From: an uncultured Pseudomonadota bacterium
Lineage (GTDB): Bacteria; BMS3Abin14
Assembly: GCA_964454175.1 (NCBI GenBank)
Contig: CAYVSA010000032.1
Span: forward strand, 1-13,197
Length of the DNA: 13,197 nt
Reading direction: 5' to 3'
Shown: positions 6,910 through 13,197 of the stretch, piece by piece
Numbering within the stretch: the first letter of the stretch is position 1
Layout of the letters: each line of letters starts with the position of its first letter
Made by a program: the position numbers and the translations under genes
The notes under the pieces: model-generated
What the model was told of the DNA's origin: nothing
Databases searched by the model: none
What the model saw: only the letters and a program-made list of their open reading frames with translations

Positions 6910-8033
6910 CACTTACCTCCCTTCCTGACCTCGAATAAATTCAGAGTCTTTTCAAGATCAAGGGGGTTAACACCGGCCGCTCCGTCGCTCGACAGGATTA
7001 TCACGTCAAGTCCCTCGTACACCTCAGCCATTTTAAGGCCGACAAGCCGCTCTGATCCGGCGCCTCTTAGTGCCCTGTTTTTCAGTTCCGTCTTTCTGGC
7101 ATCAGCCAACTTCACCAGCAGGTCACCCTCTGCCTGTTTTTTGCGGGCATACAGGTCCCGTTCGGCGATCCTCCTTACTTTGTAGGCTGTACCCTCCTGG
7201 AGCTTGACTTTTACGGAAGCCTCGCCCTCGCCGATAACCTTGTTGAGCTTGGCTGCCTCTTCGGCGGCCTTTCTTTCAGCCTGGTTTTTAAAGACAAGTT
7301 GATCCTGGAGTTTCTTTGCCTCGATATTTTTCTGGATCTCCTCGCTGTACTGGAAGTATCTCACCAGGACCTGGTCAACCCTTATTCCCATTGGCCGCAA
7401 ACCCTCGTCCAGAAGCTCCTTGGCTTTGATCACCTTTTCATAACGCAGCGGGCTTATGTAGAACTCCTCTGTGGAAAGTTCCCCGAGGGCCTGTTTCATG
7501 ACCGGCTCCGCCTTGGGAATGATACCGTTGTCTTCAAACATCCTCCCGGGACCCACAGTGGTAATAACCTTGTATGGATCGGTGATCCTGTAGATTATGG
7601 TGAGATCCACATCCACGAAAAAACCGTCCGATGTCTGGATGAGCGCTGCCTTCTCATAGCGGTGCAGTTTTGTGGCCCTGGTGGGGAAGTTGGTCATCTC
7701 AAACAGCTGAAGATCCCTGGGGAAGCGGTGCATAACCTCCAGACCGAATGGCAGTATGAAATTCAGCCCGGTTTCGTATACCTTCTCCTGGATACCTCTG
7801 TTAATGCCGATCTTGACTTCCTTTATCCCGTACTCATTAGGAGCTATATTGACCAGAAACAGGTTGTAGATGAGCCCGATAAGCGCCAGAACGGCTATCA
7901 GCACTGACGTGGACTTTTGGCCCCTGGCCGGGAGCTTCAGTTTGGGGAATTTAGGGATCCTGAATTCAGGTTTCTTGAAAATAGGCGGCTGCCCAAAGGG
8001 ACCGCCCGGGCCCCTGGGGTCCTTTTGACCCAT
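6909..8033 (-). CDS. SPFH/band 7 (prohibitin/HflK/HflC-like) membrane protein
   Basis: Pro/Gly/Lys-rich N-tail and one TM helix (VLIAVLALIGLIYNLFLV). Motifs QTSDGFFVDVDLTIIYRITDP, LRPMGIRVDQVLVR and IQKNIEAKKLQDQ plus coiled coil. Strong RBS AAGGAGGA. Confidence 0.92.
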   Translation of the reverse strand: MGQKDPRGPGGPFGQPPIFKKPEFRIPKFPKLKLPARGQKSTSVLIAVLALIGLIYNLFLVNIAPNEYGIKEVKIGINRGIQEKVYETGLNFILPFGLEVMHRFPRDLQLFEMTNFPTRATKLHRYEKAALIQTSDGFFVDVDLTIIYRITDPYKVITTVGPGRMFEDNGIIPKAEPVMKQALGELSTEEFYISPLRYEKVIKAKELLDEGLRPMGIRVDQVLVRYFQYSEEIQKNIEAKKLQDQLVFKNQAERKAAEEAAKLNKVIGEGEASVKVKLQEGTAYKVRRIAERDLYARKKQAEGDLLVKLADARKTELKNRALRGAGSERLVGLKMAEVYEGLDVIILSSDGAAGVNPLDLEKTLNLFEVRKGGK

Positions 8034-8256
8034 GACTTCCTCCTTGCCCCGCTTCGGGGCCCACTGTTAAGTTCTTACATACATGAGCTGAATTTAACCG
8101 GGTGCCCATGAAAAGTCCTCTCGTCTCTGCCTGCACTTGTAATGATACACTAATACGGCTCCATAATCGAGTTACTGACTGAGTCTAAGGCTTTATTTTA
8201 CCTTTTCGTTCCTTTCCGCGGATGTCAACTCCGAACCGCAGCTCTTTGTGCCATCC

Positions 8257-8285
8257 TTGTAAGGGGCCTTGTTGCCCTTTATACT
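8257..8285 (+). promoter_or_regulatory. Putative sigma70 promoter for the exported protein/asmA unit
   Basis: TTGTAA-N17-TATACT, 7 nt before ATG 8293. An imperfect inverted repeat AAGGGGC-N6-GCCCTTT spans the spacer (8261-8280). Confidence 0.45.
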
Positions 8286-8292
8286 TGATCCT

Positions 8293-8973
8293 ATGGTGAA
8301 TTCAAAAACCACCCTGGCGCCTGCGGCAGGCAAGAGGCCGCGACGAGTACTTCTTATTTTGATGTCGGTGCTTTTCCTGTGCGCATCTATTGGCACAGCA
8401 GCAGCCAACCCGGATATCTACAGTGCCCTCCCGGATGACACCAAGGTGGTCAAATACGCCATGGGTGACGCCGACGGAGACGGGGTTGAGGAGATCGGGA
8501 TCCTTTATCGTACGGGCCAAACCACCAACCTCACCTTTTTTCACTCTGAAAATGACAGATGGATTCGGTGGTGGGACTACACTGCAAAAATGGGTAAATC
8601 GGGCCCGGGGCTGTACTCTTTCGAGATCACCGACGCCACAGGAGATGGCAGCATGGAGGTGATCGTGAACCTGGTTTCACCGGATAGGGATGTAATGATC
8701 TCCCGAGTCATGGAATATGCGGAAGGTGATGCCGGTGCCTCATTTAAACTGCTGCTGGAAGACTCTACAAGACCAGCCGGATATCCTCTTCTGGGCTCTT
8801 TCAACGGAAAACCAAGCATTACGTTCCTCGACCTTGGGGATGACAGCCAGCCCGGGCACCGCCGAGTGTACTGCTGGGATGGATCTTCCTTTGAAAAGTG
8901 CGTTGAATTGCCGTTTGGCGTTGTGAAAAAAAGTAGTCCCAGGTCCCAGGTCCCAAGTCCCGGATCACGGTAA
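8293..8973 (+). CDS. Exported hypothetical protein with two FG-GAP/VCBS-like DxxGDG motifs
   Basis: Signal-peptide-like KRPRRVLLILMSVLFLCASIGTAAA. Motifs GDADGDGVEEI and DATGDGSMEVIV, plus a C-terminal Cys pair (YCWDGSSFEKC). The start is uncertain. Confidence 0.75.
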   Translation: MVNSKTTLAPAAGKRPRRVLLILMSVLFLCASIGTAAANPDIYSALPDDTKVVKYAMGDADGDGVEEIGILYRTGQTTNLTFFHSENDRWIRWWDYTAKMGKSGPGLYSFEITDATGDGSMEVIVNLVSPDRDVMISRVMEYAEGDAGASFKLLLEDSTRPAGYPLLGSFNGKPSITFLDLGDDSQPGHRRVYCWDGSSFEKCVELPFGVVKKSSPRSQVPSPGSR

Positions 8974-9049
8974 AGCGAGACTTTCACTGGATTCATAAAA
9001 TTGGACATGGGATTGAGTACATGGGTCCGGGGACGTGAGACCAGGGACA
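8935..9049. repeat. Inverted pair of heptamer tandem arrays (RGTCCCA x5, then TGGGACN-like x7)
   Basis: 8935-8969 reads agtccca ggtccca ggtccca agtcccg gatcacg. 9001-9049 reads ttggaca tgggatt gagtaca tgggtcc ggggacg tgagacc agggaca. Confidence 0.8.
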
Positions 9050-9070
9050 GTATCCAGACTGGGGGATGAT

Positions 9071-11275
9071 ATGAAAAAATTCGGCATGATCATACTGGTA
9101 CTTTTTGTTCTGGTTATTGTCGGGGCAGTTGCGCTGACAGTCGCGCTGCCGTCTCTTGTCAACCTGGAAAAGGTCCGGGTTGCAGCCGAAGAAAAGGCCT
9201 CGGAAGCTCTCGGCAGAAAAGTGAGCATCTCCGGTACCAGTTTCACCCTGTGGGGCGGACCCAGGGTCAAACTTGAGGGCCTATCGATTTCAGAAGCCAG
9301 GGGCTTCGGAGACGGGTCTTTTGCCTCCCTTGATTCCTTCGACCTGAGAGTACGGTTTTTTCCCCTCCTGCGTCGAAAGATCGAGGTTGAACATATCAAT
9401 ATTGTCAGCCCCAGGATCAGACTGATCAGGAGTAGATCAGGGGTCTGGAACTGGAAGGATCTGGTCCCGAAGGAAATGGAGGTTGAGAAAACCACCACCG
9501 ATATAAAACCAGCCGGTACAGGTGGTGACAGCAGGTTGCCCGTTGACATGCTCGTAGAAGACATCAAGGTCACCGGCGGTGAGATCTTCTACGCTGATGA
9601 AACTATAGATCGTCTGAAAGCCGGCATTACTATTTCAGGAATAAACCTGGCCCTGCGAGATTTGTCCCTGGACAAGCCAATCGCCATCAAGGCTTCAGCA
9701 GGCCTGAACGGCAAGACCAACGACCTGCTCATCGGGGGTAAAGTAGGGCCTGTAGGAAAGATACCTGATCCCGAAAAAGTTCCCTTCAACATAACGGTTG
9801 ATGCACCGGCCTTCGATCTGGCGAGGATCAAGAACCTTGCCGGTCCCCTCCCCGTGGATATCTCCGGAAGCGTCGCATCAAAACGCACCGTTAAGGGCAC
9901 CATGAGTAAGGGAGTGGCTTTCGAACACGCAGCTACGCTTAAGGACATCTCGATCACTTCCAGGGACGGGACCCCCATGGTGAGGAATTTTTCTGGCACC
10001 ACAACCCAGAGAGGTTTTTTCGACACCTCAAGAAAGATACTGCGCTTTGACTCCTTCACTCTCGACATCGACAGGGCCAAGATATCCGCGGCGGGGACTA
10101 TAAGGAATCCCGGACCGAAGGGTCGGGTGAATTTAACGATCTCATCAGAGCCGATACCCCTGGCCAGCTGGGACAGAATATTTCCAGCCATGGGCAGCAT
10201 CGCCACACTTGCCGGTGACGTTACCGTAAGCGGAACAATCACCGGAAGCTACGGCAGGGACCTCTTGGCCAAGGTTGATTTCACCTCCTCAAATTTTGAG
10301 CTTGACCGAGGACCGGCCCTCCTTGGGAAGGATGAGAGCACAGATGGCCAAGGCGGAGAAGGCCGGGAACAAAATGATACATTCAAGCCCGTCGGCAATT
10401 CCCCAGTCTCTTTTTCCGGCAATGTTTCAGTGGCCAAGGGAAGGTTCGAGAAAGTAAATTTCGACAATCTGACTGCTGTCATGTCATTTGCCGGTACGAA
10501 ATTTTCCCTGGATAGAATGGTTTTTTCCGCTTTCGGAGGCCGAATGGCTGGTTCAGCCTGGACCGACCTCGGCAGGGACCTGCTGAGATTCGGTTCATCC
10601 ATGAAGATGAAGAATGTGGAGATCAACGAAGCCATCACAGCCTTTTCCAGCCTGGGGGGGATGATCTATGGCAAGGTTTCCTCGGAAATGGAAATCAGAG
10701 GTGAGGGCACCGTTTTTGAGGACGTCAAGAGCACCCTGAATGGCAAAGGGAAAACCGATATCGGTGAAGGACGTCTCACAAAAACAAATGTTCTCAAAGG
10801 TGCCGGTGGTGCAGCATCTCTCCTGGGTCTCGGGTCCGGACAGAATGAGACACGATTCGATGCTATAAGCGCTGACTACACCATCGGTGGTGGAAAAATA
10901 AACATCAGTAAAGCAATTATTTCAACCAGGGACTGGGCATTGACGGCCACAGGCTCCATCGGCCTGGATCGGTCGCTCAGTATGAAGTCACGTATGGCTC
11001 TCGCTGACAGCCTGTCGGTCAGGATACCGACAAAACGGCAGGATCTTTTTCCCAGGGACAGCACTGGACGGCTCCAGATCCCCCTTAAGATCGGCGGAAC
11101 TGTGAATTTCCCAAAATTCACACTGGACACCGCTGTAATGGCAAAAGCAGCAGGCGCAGCAGCCAGAAAAAAGGCCGAAAAGAAGGTTCAGCAGAAGGTC
11201 CAGAAGAAACAGGACGAGATCAGACAGAAGTTAGAAAAAGATATAAACGAGAGCTTGAAAAACCTCTTCAAGTAA
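9071..11275 (+). CDS. AsmA-family protein (inner-membrane-anchored periplasmic beta-rich protein)
   Basis: MKKFG plus TM helix, then ASEALGRKVSISG, PRVKLEGLSISE, PLLRRKIEV and SPRIRLIRSRSGVWNWKDL (AsmA N-domain). TRFDAISADYTIGGG and IPLKIGGTVNFPKF match the AsmA-like C-domain. GGGGGA lies upstream of ATG 9071. Confidence 0.9.
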   Translation: MKKFGMIILVLFVLVIVGAVALTVALPSLVNLEKVRVAAEEKASEALGRKVSISGTSFTLWGGPRVKLEGLSISEARGFGDGSFASLDSFDLRVRFFPLLRRKIEVEHINIVSPRIRLIRSRSGVWNWKDLVPKEMEVEKTTTDIKPAGTGGDSRLPVDMLVEDIKVTGGEIFYADETIDRLKAGITISGINLALRDLSLDKPIAIKASAGLNGKTNDLLIGGKVGPVGKIPDPEKVPFNITVDAPAFDLARIKNLAGPLPVDISGSVASKRTVKGTMSKGVAFEHAATLKDISITSRDGTPMVRNFSGTTTQRGFFDTSRKILRFDSFTLDIDRAKISAAGTIRNPGPKGRVNLTISSEPIPLASWDRIFPAMGSIATLAGDVTVSGTITGSYGRDLLAKVDFTSSNFELDRGPALLGKDESTDGQGGEGREQNDTFKPVGNSPVSFSGNVSVAKGRFEKVNFDNLTAVMSFAGTKFSLDRMVFSAFGGRMAGSAWTDLGRDLLRFGSSMKMKNVEINEAITAFSSLGGMIYGKVSSEMEIRGEGTVFEDVKSTLNGKGKTDIGEGRLTKTNVLKGAGGAASLLGLGSGQNETRFDAISADYTIGGGKINISKAIISTRDWALTATGSIGLDRSLSMKSRMALADSLSVRIPTKRQDLFPRDSTGRLQIPLKIGGTVNFPKFTLDTAVMAKAAGAAARKKAEKKVQQKVQKKQDEIRQKLEKDINESLKNLFK

Positions 11276-11282
11276 TTTTAAC

Positions 11283-11319
11283 AACCGGTGTCTGGTAGAG
11301 TATCAGGCGCCGGTTTTCT
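11283..11319 (+). terminator. Rho-independent terminator after asmA
   Basis: 15-bp stem AACCGGTGTCTGGTA/TATCAGGCGCCGGTT (three G-U pairs on the + strand), loop GAG, running into TTTTCT, 7 nt after the stop codon. Confidence 0.8.
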
Positions 11320-11376
11320 GCCTTCTGTTGCTCCAGTATTTACCGGTTTTCCAGATTCACCAATGTGAACTCCCCG

Positions 11377-11405
11377 TTAACAACACTTCTTTCTTCTGAT
11401 ATGTT
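11377..11405 (+). promoter_or_regulatory. Putative sigma70 promoter of the ABC exporter operon
   Basis: TTAACA-N17-TATGTT with an extended -10 TG, upstream of RBS AAGGAG (11428-11433). Confidence 0.45.
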
Positions 11406-11442
11406 CCCCTCTGAGCCTGGCAACCCAAAGGAGATCGACATT

Positions 11443-12450
11443 GTGAACAATACAACGGGATTTGAGTTTGCAGTTCAAACTACCGATCTCACAAAACAGT
11501 TCGGAGCCCTTACAGCTGTCGACGGTGTCGATCTCTCTATCTCAACAGGTGAGATCTTCGGACTCCTGGGCCCCAATGGTGCCGGCAAAACCACGATCAT
11601 ATCCATGCTTGCCACCCTGCTCAAACCAACATCTGGCACTGCCACGGTTAACAACTTCGAGATCACCCGCGAGAAAGTCCGCGTAAGGAGTTCCATCGGC
11701 CTCGTATTTCAGGACCCTTCCACTGACGACGAACTCACTGCATATGAGAACATGGACTTTCACGGGCGCCTCTACTCCGTCCCAAAGGCCCGGAGACGGC
11801 AGAATATCCCCGAACTCCTGGCCATGGTTGACCTCACTGATCGAACTTCGAGCCGGGTTAAAACCTTCTCCGGCGGCATGAAGCGGCGCCTCGAGATCGC
11901 CCGGGGGCTCCTCCACCACCCTGCAGTTCTTTTCCTCGACGAACCCACGACGGGCCTTGACCCGCAGACCCGCAGAAGGATCTGGGAGCACATCCGAATG
12001 CTCAATCGCGAAAAGAATGTCACCATTCTTCTTACGACCCATTCGATGGAGGAGGCGGATTTTCTGTGCGGGCGGGTGGCGATCATGGATCACGGCAAAA
12101 TAATTGCCATGGGGAGTCCCGAAGAGCTTAAGAACGGCCTCGGGGGCGACCTGCTGAGCGTTGAGACCGACGACCACCAGAAGCTGTCTGCTCTGCTGAC
12201 GGAGGTCGAATGGGCTGGAGAGCCAAAAGTCCATGACGGCTGCGTCCATCTGGCGGTCATGGAGGGTGAGTCCAAGATACCCGCTCTTATGCAACTTGCC
12301 ACGAGTTCCCAGGTCATGGTCAGGTCTGTAACACTTAAGAAACCAACCCTGGAGGACGTCTTCCTTCACCATACTGGCCGCACTATAAGGGAAGAAACTG
12401 GCAGCACTATAGACAAGATGCGCATGAGAAGGAGATATCACAGGCGATGA
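11443..12450 (+). CDS. ABC-2 exporter ATP-binding subunit (DrrA/NodI-like)
   Basis: Walker A GPNGAGKTT, signature FSGGMKRRLEIARG, Walker B LFLDEPTTGLDP, H-loop LTTHSMEEA and C-terminal PTLEDVFL. GTG 11443 follows an AAGGAG RBS and is preferred over 11365. Confidence 0.95.
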   Translation: MNNTTGFEFAVQTTDLTKQFGALTAVDGVDLSISTGEIFGLLGPNGAGKTTIISMLATLLKPTSGTATVNNFEITREKVRVRSSIGLVFQDPSTDDELTAYENMDFHGRLYSVPKARRRQNIPELLAMVDLTDRTSSRVKTFSGGMKRRLEIARGLLHHPAVLFLDEPTTGLDPQTRRRIWEHIRMLNREKNVTILLTTHSMEEADFLCGRVAIMDHGKIIAMGSPEELKNGLGGDLLSVETDDHQKLSALLTEVEWAGEPKVHDGCVHLAVMEGESKIPALMQLATSSQVMVRSVTLKKPTLEDVFLHHTGRTIREETGSTIDKMRMRRRYHRR

Positions 12451-13197
12451 TGAGAGCCACTTTCACCATCTGGCAGCGGGAGGTAATAAGGTACCTCAGA
12501 TCTCCCTCCAGGATCATCGGCAGCCTCGGGATGCCCTTTTTCTTCCTAGCTTTCCTTGGCCTGGGACTCCAGAAGGCATTTGCGATCAGGCCGGGGGGTG
12601 AACGCTACCTTGACTACATCGCTCCCGGCATAATGGGCATGGTCCTGCTGTTTTCCTCTACCGTGTCGGGTATTTCTGTAATATGGGACCGCCAGTTCGG
12701 CTTCCTTAAGGAGATGCTGGTCGCTCCAATACCCCGTTTAGCCATTGTGCTTGGTCGAACATCGGGAGGCACTACCACAGCTTCCTTTCAGGCGCTGCTT
12801 TTTCTGGTCATTTCCTTTTTCCTGGGAGTGCGCGTGCCGTCCCCCGGCGGCCTTTTCCTGTCTATTGTTTTCATGGGCCTTATCGGACTGTCTTTTTCCA
12901 GTCTGGGTGTTGCCCTGGCCTCCAGGATGGAGGATCCCCACGGATTCCAGCTGATCTTCAATTTCCTTATCATGCCTATCTTTTTCCTGTCCGGTGCACT
13001 CTTCCCTCTGGGCAAAATGCCTTTTTTCATCAAGGTGCTTGCCTATGCAAACCCCCTGACCTACGGCGTGGACGGGCTGAGGTGGGCACTTCTTGGAGTC
13101 TCTGAAATAGGACCGGTCACAGACCTTGTTGTCCTGATCGGCGTTTCGGCTGTCCTTCTGGCCCTTGGAGCAGCGTTATTCAGGGGAGCGAAGATGT
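12447..13197 (+). CDS. ABC-2 type permease (DrrB/NodJ-like); stop codon beyond the window edge; absent from the ORF track
   Basis: ATGA overlap with the ATPase stop. Open to the end: MMRATFTIWQREVIRYLRS...YLDYIAPGIMGM...WDRQFGFLKEMLVAPIPR...PIFFLSGALFP...NPLTYGVDGLR...ALFRGAKM. Confidence 0.93.
   Translation, partial: MMRATFTIWQREVIRYLRSPSRIIGSLGMPFFFLAFLGLGLQKAFAIRPGGERYLDYIAPGIMGMVLLFSSTVSGISVIWDRQFGFLKEMLVAPIPRLAIVLGRTSGGTTTASFQALLFLVISFFLGVRVPSPGGLFLSIVFMGLIGLSFSSLGVALASRMEDPHGFQLIFNFLIMPIFFLSGALFPLGKMPFFIKVLAYANPLTYGVDGLRWALLGVSEIGPVTDLVVLIGVSAVLLALGAALFRGAKM

Noticed and set aside
8185-8256. Minus-strand TTGACA...TAAAAT and a TGGCAC...TGC sigma54-like site
   Set aside because: The spacing is wrong: 22 nt between the hexamers, and GG-N11-GC instead of GG-N10-GC.
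8935-9049. CRISPR array
   Set aside because: The repeats have period 7 with no unique spacers, and there are no cas genes.
8965-12441. Long antisense ORFs (8965-9573, 9589-10242, 11542-12441; likewise 1484-2056, 5016-5639, 7299-7907)
   Set aside because: They are shadows of well-supported genes on the opposite strand and have no motifs of their own.

Overview
This is a gene-dense bacterial chromosomal window. The gene set and protein style suggest a deltaproteobacterium-like anaerobe, which is inference only. Left to right it holds: a short PrmA-like SAM methyltransferase (+); a PAS-PAS-GGDEF diguanylate cyclase (-); a probable six-gene minus-strand operon (SPFH, SPFH lipoprotein, epmA, L-lactate permease, PaaI thioesterase, 97-aa hypothetical); an exported FG-GAP-like protein and an AsmA-family protein (+) followed by a terminator; and a DrrAB-type ABC-2 exporter running off the right edge. 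The most notable unannotated feature is a diverged direct repeat (910-978 and 2559-2627, 22-bp identical core, 1649 bp apart) bracketing the cyclase. Both copies encode the C-terminus of the 97-aa protein, suggesting an integrase-less c-di-GMP cassette inserted into that gene's 3' end. There is also an inverted pair of heptamer tandem arrays at 8935-9049. No rRNA, tRNA, CRISPR array, transposase or integrase was seen.
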